From contig CM022665.1 in assembly GCA_012295275.1 (NCBI GenBank), positions 38,936,001 through 39,000,000 on the forward strand: 64,000 nucleotides of DNA. Reading direction: 5' to 3'. The position numbers were made by a program, and so were the translations under genes. The notes beneath the pieces were generated by a model. That model was not told where the DNA came from, did not search any database, and worked only from the letters and a program-made list of their open reading frames with translations. Of the stretch, positions 1-13,637 are shown one piece after another (within the stretch, counting starts at the first letter, position 1; every line of letters begins with the position of its first letter). This DNA comes from Chrysomallon squamiferum. Lineage: Eukaryota > Animalia > Mollusca.

Positions 1-204
1 TTAGATTATCTTTCTAAAATCAACGGAGATATTAAAAGTTAAGAGAGCAGAAATTAAACAGATTCTTACAATTTATATGTACATCAAGATACATACTGAC
101 TATTTCAGGAACTGTTTGTCTCTTGTATAGTCTCTACTTTCAGGAATAAATGTAGTATACACATTACCTGTTCTAAGACGTTAATCAAACGGAGTAAGCC
201 TGCT

Positions 205-632
205 CTAGGTCATGAATCCAGTGTGTATAATGTTTATTAAAGGTTGTGAATCCACTTTTTATACTGGCTGTTATAGCACGCGAAAACATTGTGTATACAT
301 TGAGCATTATAGGACGTGAACTGAGTGTATATACGTTATATTGTAATATATGCGAATTTCAGTGTATGTACCATTATAGGAAGTGAATTTAGTGTGCATA
401 CTGACTTTTATAGGACGTGAATCTGATGTGTATATTACATATATAAAATAATTTATAATACCTACTACAGATTATGAATCCAGTAGTGTATACTGTCTAA
501 CAGAGGACGTGAATCCATGTTGTGTTTTTATACGGTCGTATTTAGGATGTGAATTAAATGTACAAACTGCCGTTACAGGATTTGGATCCAGCGTATAACC
601 AGGCTATTACAGGACTCGAACCCAGTGTGGCT
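205..632. repeat. Degenerate ~34-bp minisatellite, about 12 copies, consensus approx. TTATAGGACGTGAATCCAGTGTGTATACTG
   Basis: Units read by eye, e.g. ttataggacgtgaactgagtgtatata (~307), ttataggaagtgaatttagtgtgcata (~374), ttataggacgtgaatctgatgtgtata (~408), ttacaggactcgaacccagtgtgg (~607). Confidence 0.8.
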
Positions 633-1191
633 ATATTAGCTCGTTCAGTTCAAGAAGTGATCTGAACAAGCGTTTTTCAGTCGTTTATCCTCCTCAAGTT
701 GATTCTTTCTCCCACTGACGAACTCTTGCCAATAACTTGTGCGTCTCTTTCGCCAGCAAGAGGCTTTTCCTCCGATCATAAAGGATAACCGTGCACGAAA
801 AATTTAATCGACTTTGACTTCATTAAATAATCGTCAACATAAGATTGATTGATAGAAAAGAAATAAAGCTTTGATAAGCTTGGAGATTTTCTTTAGTACT
901 CGTGGCTGGCGAGTCGAGTGCATTATGTACCGCATGACAGGGTCTGCCCCGCCTCTCCGTCCACTGGGCCCCAGATAACGGGTAACCAACTGCAGCTGTC
1001 GACAAACATCTACAGCATTCCGGGTGTACAGAGAATGTACATATTTCCTTTTACTTTTTTTTTTTTTTTTTTTTTTTGTATGTCGTGTAACAAAAAATGA
1101 ATGGATAAATTAAGTACGACGGGGTTCAAGTAAATATCCGTACGACTGGTGTTAGAATATTTGACTGTCTGAAAATAAAAGGAGAGAGATG

Positions 1192-1231
<40 letters not shown>

Positions 1232-1239
1232 TTTGCTTT

Positions 1240-1510
1240 GCGCTCACTGCGGGAGCATCACATGGAAGTGCAAGACTGCCAATGAAAAGACTTAATTTGA
1301 CAGATCCGTCGAGCCGTGTGACGTCATCGATTGTATTGTTGCCCGAAATTGCTTTCCAATAAGGAAGGCGTGGCTTAATGGTCTTGGGGACTGTCGCGTT
1401 AAGCCGTAATGCGCGTGCGCCGGTTTAGTCCTGCCCAGTTTTGTTTGTAATGGTTCGTATAGAAAAGTTGAGTGGGGTAAGGCAATAGACAGTATAGCAC
1501 TTCACTACAC
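1240..1510 (+). promoter_or_regulatory. Putative NK2.1 core/proximal promoter
   Basis: CpG-rich stretch directly upstream of the CDS. It has CCAAT at ~1279 and ~1356, a perfect CRE TGACGTCA at 1319-1326, TATA-like TATAGAAA at 1458-1465, and Inr-like ACAGTA about 30 nt downstream (~1489-1494). Confidence 0.6.
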
Positions 1511-1582
1511 TGTAGTGTGTGTCTGGGCAGCTGCGATTGTCAACAACCTACTTCGGACTCTCACAGGGCTGGGCAAGCCTAC

Positions 1583-1967
1583 ATGAGCAAAGATTCAATG
1601 TCGCATTGGAGTTCTGCTATGTCTCTGAGCCCCAAACATACTACACCCTTTTCAGTCACGGACATACTAAGCCCTCTGGATCACGAAACCTACAAGAAGA
1701 CAACCATTGAAGCAGCTATTCCACCACTGACCCCGTATAGAAACAGTCAGCACCCACAAGCCATGGCTGGGATGGGGGGTATGGGAGGAATGGGTGGCAT
1801 GAGCGTGCCCGTCACCAACCCCTACCACAACTACGTGCCGCCGTTGTCGCATCACACAGCGTCGTTTCCTACTCAGTATTGCAATGGCTCGGAACTGGCG
1901 TACGGAGATCCTTCAAGACATTCGGCAGCTTCTTGGTATGGTGCTAATCCGGACCCCAGATTTGCGT
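1583..1967 (+). CDS. NKX2-1: NK2.1 homeobox protein, coding exon 1 (TN/eh1 domain)
   Basis: Encodes [32 protein letters not shown]...YKK...[12 protein letters not shown], matching the vertebrate NKX2-1 N-terminus ([30 protein letters not shown]). Donor GTAAGT at 1968, phase 1. Alternative in-frame ATGs at 1598 and 1619. Confidence 0.95.
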
Positions 1968-3443
1968 GTAAGTACTCCATGTGAAAAATTTGTATATATA
2001 AACGTGTTTATATGTGTATTTATGACTTCTGTTACTACGTTTACTTGCAGATATGTTGTAAAGCCTAATTATTATGCACGTGAAAATGTGTATAAAAATT
2101 CCGTTAATTTATGAACTTGCTAAAATGTAACTATTTCATAAAGTTTCGTGTTATATTATAGTTCCGAAGGAAAGTGAAACGATTAGAATTTAACTATCAA
2201 ATTGTGAAATTAAATACAGCATTATAAAATAAAAATAAAATTCATAAAATAAGCTTTACTCTTTAGCTTTTCACGTTTATAAAATAAAATAATTCACGGA
2301 CCAAAAACAGTATTTTTAAAACAAATATATTCGTTAAGAAGTTAAAATTTGGACAATTCTTCCATTCAAATACTTAAGCTTCTTAATTAAATTACAAGAG
2401 GTTTTTCACGGAATAATAATATCGCGGTAATCTATTTGAAAAAAAACAACTATTGTCCTATCGATTAGTGTTAAGGATTTTCCTATTCCAATGAAAGGTT
2501 TTGACAGAACTTACGCAACTCTCTACAGACCGAGTAGTGCCTCTTCTAGTGAAACCAAGTGGAACTGAAGGGGGTGGCGAGCGAGAGCCCTAGGCTGGCA
2601 GTCTATGACACTTTGCCTGTTTGAGCATTAACTCTGTCAAGATGGGTAAAGTGTTCTTCCTAGACACTCTCGCCCTTTATATCAGAACCATTTTAATATG
2701 TTTGAAGTGTACTTTTTAGATACTTTGCCAGTTTGAATTCAACTTCATCCAGGACGCATTGCCTCTTTGTACGGCAATCGTCCTAATAAATATTACCAAT
2801 GGAGTGTTCTCTACAGACACATTCGCCTTTTTGAATTCAGCTTAATTCCTCAACTCTTCTTTCATATCGGAGTGATTTCCAGCTGTTGTAGATGGCACTT
2901 TAATATAGACAGTGTTTTCAGTATGAATCAAGAATACATTTTGAATATTTTGTCACTTCGAATTTCACGCGTTTTCTAAATATATTACCGTTTTCTATAA
3001 ATATTATGTTCGTAATATAATTCTTCGACACTTTTTAAATTGAATTAAATCCATTTCTAAACTTTTCCCAATTTTATAATTGTCATTGAACCACTTTTTA
3101 TATAAGTTTTCTTTCTAGTAGAAGTATTTCGGTTTTGGAATCGTATATATTTTAAACACTGCGAATATTTAAATTAAGCTGTTATTAAAGTATTCTTTTC
3201 ATATTAGAAATATATATATATTTTTAATATAGACTGTCTGTTCTTTTTAAATACTTTTTATATATGGGTTAAACCCATACATGGTTGAATATGATGAGCT
3301 TTTTTAAATACTGATTCTTTTTCTTTCTTTTTTTTCTTTTTTCTATCCTGCTATTTTCACTTGTCCATCAAAATTAAATATTACTTTTAGCCAGTTCATT
3401 TATTTTTCAAGGTTGCGTAAAAGAAAAATATAATAATAAATAA

Positions 3444-3485
<42 letters not shown>

Positions 3486-4544
3486 CTCCTTTAGATAATT
3501 TTTTATTTTATTTTTGTCGCCTTTATAGTTAACAGAAATGTTTTTTAATTTTTAGTTATTTTAACACGGAAGTATTTTTATAAGCTAATATTTATGATTC
3601 GCTTTATCAAAATTAAAATCAGATAAGAATAACGTAAAACTAGAATTATTTTTATCTACTGGTTTATTTTAGACGTTAAAAAATAGAATTATTTCAAACA
3701 GGCTCATAGTAATTCGTTGAATTTCATATGGATTTCTATAATTGATATCATATGTTTTTTGCCTTCCTTATTTAAAAAAAAAATATATAAATGATGTTCA
3801 ATATTTTTTATAAAATAAATTAGAAAAAGCTATCTCGTTTTATAATTACATATTATTAAAACAGTACCATAATTATATATAATTTTTCACAAATATCAAT
3901 AAACAAATACCGTTATTATTTCAGTATAAATAAAACAAAACAAGAAATCGACTGCTTTTTAACATCGATATTTTGTAAACGGCTTTTACGATGAATAGAT
4001 CCTTTGAAATTTCATTTTCCGCTTTACCGTTAATACTAAAACATGAGATAAATTATTCCTTGTGAATATTATTTTCTTAACTGAAATAAAATTAAAAATC
4101 TAGGCATAACAGACAATACTGTATAAAATGACGTTTATATTTATGCTTTCATTTATGCATTAAAATGAAACGAAACAAATTATCAATAATTCTTTCACTC
4201 TGCCACACAAACAACTACCTTAGTTCTTCATTCATAATAAAGTCAATCTCATTCATTTGTTTATATTTGCACCTTTACCTTGGGAGTGGATATCTGATAT
4301 CGAAACGTATTAGTTAAATGAAATATATATCGGACAGACAAGAAGGAAAAAAAAAACCATGTAGACAAATATTTTCTTTTATCGCTACGTTATTCATTGA
4401 CGAAGTTAATACATTCACAAATTTACTTTCATCATTCAGTGATTTTTGTACAGTCTTATTCATTGATAAATATAGTGTAGAAGATTCTTTTAAAAAAAAT
4501 ATATATATATTTAATTTAGACTGATTGTTTAAAAAGATTGTTGG

Positions 4545-4585
<41 letters not shown>

Positions 4586-4677
4586 CGTTATTGTTATTAT
4601 TATATCGCCAGCATTATTATTATCGTCATTATCATCATCATCATTATTATTATTATTATTATTACTACTACTACTAC

Positions 4678-4726
<49 letters not shown>

Positions 4727-4890
4727 TACAAAATAATTATATCATTCTGCTGTTCATTCCTTATAATCATTACTATTATTACTTCTAATTTTATTATTGT
4801 TATTACTGTTATTGTCATCATCATCATCATCATCATCAACAACAACATGATCATCATCATCAACAACAACATGACCATCATCACCATCAT
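4545..4890. repeat. Compound (TAT)n/(CAT)n/(TAC)n microsatellite in NK2.1 intron 1
   Basis: Directly visible trinucleotide arrays; source of the poly-Y, poly-I and poly-L ORFs. Confidence 0.95.
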
Positions 4891-5281
4891 CTTTAACACC
4901 AATATATACACATTATTTTCCACGACTAACTCCTACCTCAATAACTCAAACAAAATTCCTTCAACCGAGCGAATTTCACTTTAACTTTCGCAATACGGCA
5001 TTCCTCATAAACATTGTACAACATAGCTGGGATATTTTCCGATCAAAGTCGAATCGATCGCGGCTTGCACACCTGTGCTGGAAGATTAGTGCCGAACACA
5101 AAACTATTATCACCAATTATCCATACTTTGTGTTGGTTTCATGCGGATACTTTCTTCAGGTGTCGCAGTTTAGCGGGAGACCGGTCACTTCCAAAAGGCG
5201 AGGTGCTAATGCTGTTATTATGTATTTAAAGAAATAATTATGGCTAAGTTCTTCGCGCTCCGATGCCTGGCCGAAACGTGT

Positions 5282-5284
<3 letters not shown>

Positions 5285-5316
<32 letters not shown>

Positions 5317-5390
5317 CTTTTTCTTTTTCTTTTTCCTAAATAGTTTTGTTTTTGTTTTGTTTTGTTTTTGTGTTGGGTTGGGGTTGGGTT

Positions 5391-5425
<35 letters not shown>

Positions 5426-5745
5426 TATTATTTTTTTTTTTTTTTTCACTGTGGTTTATTTTGCAGTAAGAAAAAGTTGACGTTTTTCTCTTGCATAGAG
5501 ATGTCGTAGTTGTTTTTTGTTTTTTTTTGTTTTTATATTGATTTTGATTTTGATTTTTTTTATTATTCATCATTTTATAATTTTTTTTTTTATTTGGTGT
5601 TGTTTTTTTACATTATTATTATTATTTATTTATTTGTTTTTTTATTTATTCATTCATTCGTTCGTTTATTCATTTATTCTTTCATTCATTCATTTATTTA
5701 TTTAATTAGTCATTCATTCATTCGTTCATTTATTCTTTCATTCAT

Positions 5746-5784
<39 letters not shown>

Positions 5785-5790
5785 TTTCTT
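5285..5790. repeat. Poly-T and (ATTT/ATTC)n low-complexity tract
   Basis: Long T runs and tetranucleotide repeats visible in the sequence. Confidence 0.9.
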
Positions 5791-6015
5791 AAACTGTGAT
5801 AATTTTATGTGTCTCGCAGTCTCTGTGTTTGTTATATTGTAATGTTATATGGAAAATATTTAAAATACTAGACGCCTAACATCTGGTTTTCTTTCTTAAA
5901 CGGCGGAAATAATTTTGTTGTTTTCATCTTGTCAGTTTCAGACGATTGATTAATATTCATTCATTCAGTGGATCAATTTCTTTTTTCTTTTCTGGCAGTT
6001 TTGTTTTGTGTTCAA

Positions 6016-6054
<39 letters not shown>

Positions 6055-6799
6055 TTATTATTATCATCATCATATCATCATCATCATCAATATTAATTTT
6101 TTTATTGAATATTATTTAACCATTAGCGTAAGCGATGAATTAATTTAAGTTATAAAAAATTATTCATAATGAGAAATATTTTTTTTTTAAAATATTAAAC
6201 ACGCCAGCCAAAATATGGTAGACGGTGAAAAACATAAACGGGCAACAACAAAAACAAAATAAATTAATAAAATAATAAAATCTTAATCGGAATATAAATA
6301 TGCTAACTTATGAATAATAAATAGTTTTTAATTTAATAGTCATTACATTTCCAAACCAAATAAATATTTTAAAATATTAATAAATTTAAGACGATGGAGA
6401 ATTAAAAAAAACAACAACATTTTAATACTTTTAACAAGTGGATGATAAGGATTTACGTGTTACTGATCTTAGCTGATCCTATTAATATAATTGTTAATGT
6501 AATACGCATAGATATTTGTTAATGATTCCTTCTTTTTTTTTTTTGAAATTATATTTCTGAAATTGAAATTAATATTACATAGTTTAGCATAGAAGTCAGT
6601 AAAGAAATCGACTTTTTTTTATGCCAATATATTACAAAATTCACTTATCAATGTTCACCAGCAACTGATTTTTTTACATAATCTGTTACAAACAACTATT
6701 TAAAATAATATTAATAATAATAATAATAATAATAATAACAATAACAATAATAACAGCATCACTTAACATACAAAAACAGCTAAAAGGAAAGTTCATAAA

Positions 6800-7545
6800 A
6801 TGCAACACATTTTAATTAAATATTTGTTTGATGTATTTTTTATTCGTTTAATGATAGTAATATTTTGTTTAAATATTTATTTAATATAATTATCTATTTC
6901 ACAGTTTAAATATTATTTTAATAAATACTTTATACAGAACAAAACACTTCATTTAAAATAAATACAGTTTAATTTTCCATAACACATTTAATTTATATAT
7001 CCGTTTAATGTATAATTTTTAATGTGGTCGTTGTATGTCTAACAATTGACTTAATGTATTGCAACACACATACGTAATTTAAATATCCCTCTAATACAGT
7101 TGTATTTTATAGTAATATTCGCTCAGTGTATTATACCGCTTTGTGTTTTATTATACAGATCAACATGTTATGTTTAAATACTGATTAAATATACTCTTTA
7201 TTTTAATACTTGTTTAATTCGACTCAACACATTCTATTTTAATATTCGGTTAACTTTCAGAACCCACTTTATATACAGTTCTCTTAATATGACACAGTAC
7301 ACATCATTTAAATAAACCCTTTAGGTATTACTAATATACTAGACAAATAAACACTGGACTCTTTAGTTACAGACAACAAACTACGTGTATTTAAATATTC
7401 GATTAATTTAGTACAGTTTACTTTATTACTATATTCACTGTGGTAAATAAGACGCTGTTAAAATAATCGTTTAATGTGAAAGTAACAGACAACACACTGT
7501 TTAAATAACCACGAAGTCGACAAAACAACATAATTTAACAGATGT
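6800..7545. repeat. Highly degenerate AT-rich tandem repeat (core approx. ACAACACA..TTTAAATATTCGTTTAAT)
   Basis: Recurrent caacaca / tttaaata / cgtttaat motifs at roughly 40-60 bp spacing; the period was judged by eye. Confidence 0.5.
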
Positions 7546-7574
7546 GGCTCATAAAAACATTGACTAACTGGCAG

Positions 7575-7577
<3 letters not shown>

Positions 7578-7664
<87 letters not shown>
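7578..7664. repeat. (CT)n microsatellite
   Basis: Perfect dinucleotide run. Confidence 0.98.
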
Positions 7665-7665
<1 letters not shown>

Positions 7666-10600
7666 AGTTTAACACGATCACCGGAGTATAAATTTCCTTA
7701 AAGACCCGTATTTCTTTTCTTTTCTTTCCTTCTTTTTTTTTTTTTTTTTTTTTTTTTTTTGACAGACAGGTGCGTAATCCGAATTTAACTGGGCTGCCGT
7801 CCCGTTTCGATCAGCCCGTAACCCATGGCCACGCCGATAATTGTCGCGACCGTGTGATAAAATTAACGCAAGTCAGACTAACAATGGGATTAAGCGTATC
7901 TAAACAGGAACATCCTCTTAGCGTCCAGAAGTCACCCGAAACAAGGGATTAATATGATACATATTTAAACGAAATACGTTTCCGCATGAAAATAGGCTCG
8001 AGTAGTAGGAATTCGTGAAACTGTATAAAAGAGAATATAAATACGTAATCTTTTCGTGTTTGATTTCAGTATCAGAGTTACGTTACGAAGGTAGACGGAA
8101 CAGAATGACTGTTAATGTAAAATAAGTAGTTACTATATAAGTACTTTTTGTATATGTTATTATTTTATTTTTCCATTTAAAATTAGGATTTTTATTTTCT
8201 TAAATATATATGAAATTCGTTCGTATATTATTAATATTAAATTACTGCGTACTTAGAATTAGCTTTAAGTTATTATTTAAAATTATTCTACATAATTAAT
8301 TAATAAATAATAACCATTACCATAAAATATTGAATATTTATTAACTCTTGATTTATTTTTGCAATTTAAACATCGCTATAAAATACGGATAGTTTTTATT
8401 TATTTCTTAAACAAAACCAAAAAAATCTGAATTTTGTTTTCAAAACTATACAGACATGCTGGTAATAAATATTGCTTTTCACTAATCAAAGACAATTCGT
8501 AAGAAATATAATAAAATTTTATTTCGCAATATTTTTTCGACTTTAATATAATTTATTAATAAAATATTGATACCAAAAAAAAACAAAAAACTAGCATTTA
8601 TTTTTAAATATCATTTAATATATATTTTATTTTCATAATGTTTTATTATTAAATTCACCAAAATCAAGGACTTTAAAGAAATATATATAGTAATGAAATA
8701 TGTATCATTTAAACTGTAGTGTAATTTATTATTAAAATTACATTTAAGCGATTTAAAAATAAAATTTAAAATTTTCTTTTACAATATTATCTTTAAATGT
8801 AATTTTGAATTAAATGTTTCTTTGATGAAAAGCGACTACATCCACTTAATTAAACATATTCGATATTATTCGTTAAAACAAAGAAAAAGTATTATCTCAT
8901 TTTAATTTTTTAATTTTTTCTTTTCAAAACATTTGCTCATATTCAGCGTAACTGATATTTTTAATGAAGTAAATAAAATCATAATTAATTATATCACTTT
9001 TATATTAATAATGATTGTTTTAAATGGTATTTAAATATATACTTTAATTAATACTCTCTTACTGTATTTTGTTTTACTCAGTTTTTGTACAATAAAAACA
9101 TTAACAATAACAACAGCAGCAACAACAGTAACAACAACAACAACAACAACAATTATAATAATAATATCATTATTAGTATTATTATTATTATCACAATAAT
9201 AAAAAAAAAAAACAACAGTAACAATATCACCAACAACAACAATAACAATAAATAAATAAATAAATAAATAAATTAAGAGTAAACGTTTCTACTTGACTTT
9301 ATCAACACAACACACAATATAACACATCTCTGTTAATTTTATTAATTATCGATAGTGATACTGTATTCCCACTGTGCACGGCAAAGCGTATGACAAACAC
9401 AACACAAATTATTTAATGTGCTAAGACGTCTTTCTCTGTCACAAAATACGTACTACATATTTCATTAAAAGGTTAACCGATACTGTGTAAAGTAAATGCT
9501 GTTGAAAGGGGTAAAAAAAAACAACATAAAAAGCTATTATGCCGCTGTGAAAAGGTTTCGTGTTAAACGTAAATGGATGTTTGTGAATTATAAAAGGATG
9601 TCTTCAACGCAAAATAAATTCTGTTTTCATATTTTTAGCTTCAGTGGGTTTCTTTTTATCTTTTTTTAATATATATTTTTTTTTAATTCATGTTATAAAA
9701 ATAACGTAATGAACGTTATTTAAAAAGAAAACATATTTGTACTTGCATATTGACGAATAATGTAATAACAAACAATTTATTTTCTAAATTTGTGTTTTCT
9801 TATTATTCATTTACGTACGTATGTTAGTATCTGTGCATTTGTTTTTCTTTGTTTATCCGTCCATCGGTACATCTCTGTCTATCTACCTATGTGTGTGTCT
9901 GTGTGTCTGTCTGTCTCTCTGTCTGTTACTGGACACATAGTGAGAATGAACACAGCATAAAGTATTACAGCACTACCAACATCCTTCTATCCACACATAT
10001 ATTTCTATATGTATGTATATCTTATATCTATCAATCTAATTATTCATCTATATATTTATCTATCTATCTACATATGGATGGATATCTCTCTTCATCTATA
10101 TATCTATCTATCTATCTGTTTAACTATCCTTCTGTCTCTCTATTTATCTATCTATCTACCTACCTACCTATCTGTTTATCTATGTATCTTTTGTTGGCCA
10201 AGGTTGTTGGACTGTTTATTATTATAACGTGGTTGTTTTAATCTTCTAACTTCGCAGCTCTAATCTTTGTTGATTTTGACGAGTATTAAATTTATCAATG
10301 AATTCACATATCGATTGTCTTCCTTCTTTTCCTTTCGTCTTCATCTTCCTTCTTGATTTTCTTTTTTTTTTTTTTTTTTTTTAATAAAACTTTTTTACTT
10401 TTCCTACGAGAATTTGTTTGTAACATTATTCTTTTATGAGCATAAAAATTAAATAAAATAATTATTCAGTCGTGATAATATGATATTTATGAAAAAAAGA
10501 AAGAAAAAAAAAAGATGTATTATAATATTTATTCCAAAGAAGGAACAGAAATGCATGCAATTTTAATGCCGATCATACTGATTAAATATCATAATAAAAA

Positions 10601-10889
10601 TATTTTTTGGTTAAACATTACGATAAGAAAACATATTTCTTTATGCAGTTTATATAATTTTTATTTTATTGATCATTTAGCCTTTGTTCTCCTTGAGTGG
10701 TATGAAATGGATATTGGACTTAGAAAAAGCATTACCAATCTTAATGATAATTATCATAAAGGAATATAATTATTTGTTTTTAAAAAGTTCTTCAACCATG
10801 AATAAACTTACTGAAAAAAATATGCAAATTAAGGTTTTAAAAATATTTATATTTAATCTGACCAATTCACAATGAAGATGGTAATAATA

Positions 10890-11090
10890 TTTTGTTTTGT
10901 ATTTATGTGAACCATCCATCATAAAAACTCCAATATCCAATGAAATATTTGTATTTAAATAACCAAATCAATCGAGAATATGCTAGCGGATAAAAAGAAG
11001 AAGCAGATATAGTATTTGTATTTAAATGATCCATCCACCAAAAATATTCATGTGACGATAATGTAATATTTGTATTTAAATTAACCCATA
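10890..11090. repeat. Short degenerate tandem repeat with perfect 15-mer core TATTTGTATTTAAAT
   Basis: Exact core at 10946, 11013 and 11067, with a degenerate copy near 10893. Confidence 0.8.
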
Positions 11091-12167
11091 TATCTTCAAG
11101 ATACTTATATCAAAAACACGTACAACCTTATTTATGGTTGATGAGTCAAATTAATGCTAGATTTCCTAGATTTTGTGAACTCGTGTAATTATTTGAATTT
11201 GCGTAATCAGTCTGATAAACAGAAAATATCCTGAGGCACTTTGGTAAAATGGCCATTAACGATCATGTGCGCGTTCTGCCTTAGTCTGTTTTAACTATTA
11301 AACTTAATTAACTGACTGAAAAATGAAAATCTCTAACAGTGATTATTAAATTAAACTTTTTGATGAAAAGAAGGATCTATTGAGGGCAGATATTGCTCGG
11401 AAATGTCATTTGGCTGCAACTGTTTAATGTTTTCTCGTCTTTAAAATATAAACTAAACGTATTTTTCAATAGTAATATAATTGTGTTTGCGGTTAATAAT
11501 GACCAGTAAATTAGCAGATATGTTTAAAAATACAATAATTATTCTGTATTTTTAAAATATACTAACTGTTTTAGTGCGATGCAGTTAAAATTAATTACAT
11601 TAATACATCATTTTTAACTTTATATTTTTTATAAACCATTTTTTTTTTTTTTTTAACTAATCATTTTATATTGTTATTTCTTTTCACTTTTCCTTTTCGT
11701 ATTTTTCTTACCTATTTTCATGAAAATTTATCCTCGAAATCTTCAACCCCAAAAATAACCACAACAAAATCTTCCCAATGTACTACTTGTTTATTGAAGA
11801 CATTCTCTGGCGATATTAACCACTCACTAAATACCAGACACAGTTTCATTCACGCTTGCCCTGTTAATCCGGATTAGTGTGAAACCGACGAAGAGATATC
11901 AGTCATTTATAATCGTTCTGATCTTTTGTTTGTGCTGTCAGTTTAAAGTGTTACCAGTGATCTTAGAGTGCAGAGAACTGAAGAATGAGTGTATCATGAA
12001 CTTCATAGTAATAAACACTGTAACATTTCATTTGTAACATTTGTAAATACATAATTCACGTATCCGTACAAAAACGTATTTTTTATATTGCATATATTTA
12101 ACCACTGACAAACATATATAATTACATCAGTACAAAGACAATACAATTTTATTATTATTATTATTAT

Positions 12168-12240
<73 letters not shown>

Positions 12241-12921
12241 TCGTTTAATATAATACACATCACGCTATTTAAAAGTGACAAAAGACCCCTGTTTAACAAA
12301 GATGACTTTAAAAACTTGCTGACTGACTTGTGTCTCACTCTATTGTTTAAAAATAGCATTCAGAGTAAGCTTCCTTTAAACCTTGTATTCTTGTATAACT
12401 GACAAGTATGTAATAAACACACACACACACGCACACACACACATATACATATATATATATATATATATATTTAAACTACAGTTTACAGTAACTGCACCTT
12501 ATTTGCTTTAAAGATTCTCAACAAATTCTTAATAACTGTGTCAACACGGATCACCGTTATTGTAAATCCAGTTAATTTCTGCGCAGTGTGATACCTCTGA
12601 AAGAAAGAAAGACACACGTCACCGAAGCTTCCACAAGCAAACACATATCTTAATTTCCTGTACCACCCCGCGAACTCGGACCTGTTCCAGCGCCGGAGAC
12701 TTCATTTCCGATGAAGTGAAAGCGTGTTTTTGTTGGGAGAACAGCGATGGCTGAACGGGGCTGACTGTTTTGTTTATTGCGGCGGGGAAACGCGTCGGTT
12801 TCACCTTTATTTAAAAAATGTTTTAATAATTCACGATGGGATCAAAGAAATGGTCATTTTTCATTTCGCGGAAATGTAACGGAATCTGGAATTTTGAAAC
12901 CCTGTTAGAGGATATGATGTG

Positions 12922-12923
<2 letters not shown>

Positions 12924-13013
<90 letters not shown>
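12924..13013. repeat. (CT)n microsatellite
   Basis: Perfect dinucleotide run. Confidence 0.98.
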
Positions 13014-13015
<2 letters not shown>

Positions 13016-13313
13016 AGATTCACCTATTTCATTCTAACACATTCGTAATCTCTCTCTCACTATCTATTTATTTGTCTGTGTATTCTTTCTTTCTCCGTCA
13101 CTCCTTCATTTTCTGTGCTGGTTTGGATACGTTCGGTAATATCCCCGTACAAATAAATGTTCATACAAAGCAACATGCTTATACATCATTTAAACTTACG
13201 TTATTATCAATATAAATAATATTTCAATAATGATAATGATGATGATGTTTATTATTACTATTATTTTCATCATCATCATCATCGTTATAATTATTATTAC
13301 ATCATCATCATTA

Positions 13314-13366
<53 letters not shown>

Positions 13367-13476
13367 TAAACAGCATCTATTCGTAATGAACAATATTATA
13401 ATTATATATACATTTGTTTTCTTATAATTTACATCATTTAAATGATTGAGTAAAAATATGTGTTTACGTTTTTCAG

Positions 13477-13637
13477 TTTCACGACTGGCTATGAATCCCA
13501 GTTCTTGTGCTATGTCTTCTATGTCAATGTCTGGCGGTATGAACCCGGGTCTGGGGCTCGACCAGCATAACCCCCGGGGAATGCAGTTCCCCCTCACCCA
13601 GAGACGCAAGAGGCGCGTACTCTTTTCACAGGCTCAG
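13477..13637 (+). CDS. NKX2-1: NK2.1 coding exon 2 (to homeodomain residue 12)
   Basis: Acceptor tttttcAG ends at 13476. The phase-1 join gives T+TT = Phe, then SRLAMNPSSCAMSSMSMSGGMNPGLGLDQHNPRGMQFPLTQRRKRRVLFSQAQ. Donor GTTTGT at 13638, phase 0. Confidence 0.95.

Noticed and set aside
1517-1582. N-terminal extension of the ORF-track call 1517..1984
   Set aside because: It starts at GTG, which is not a normal eukaryotic start. The first ATG is 1583, and the ORF's CKYSM* end is intron read-through past the GTAAGT donor.
4318-5842. Poly-Y/I/L/F/K ORFs here and similar ORFs across the window (e.g. ER/SL repeats at 12836, 22575, 40148, 51700; poly-S at 42036)
   Set aside because: They are translations of microsatellites and homopolymer runs, with no domain content or coherent splice structure.
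10890-11090. Repeat-spacer pattern superficially like a CRISPR array
   Set aside because: Eukaryotic intron, only 3-4 AT-rich 15-mers, unequal spacers, no cas genes.
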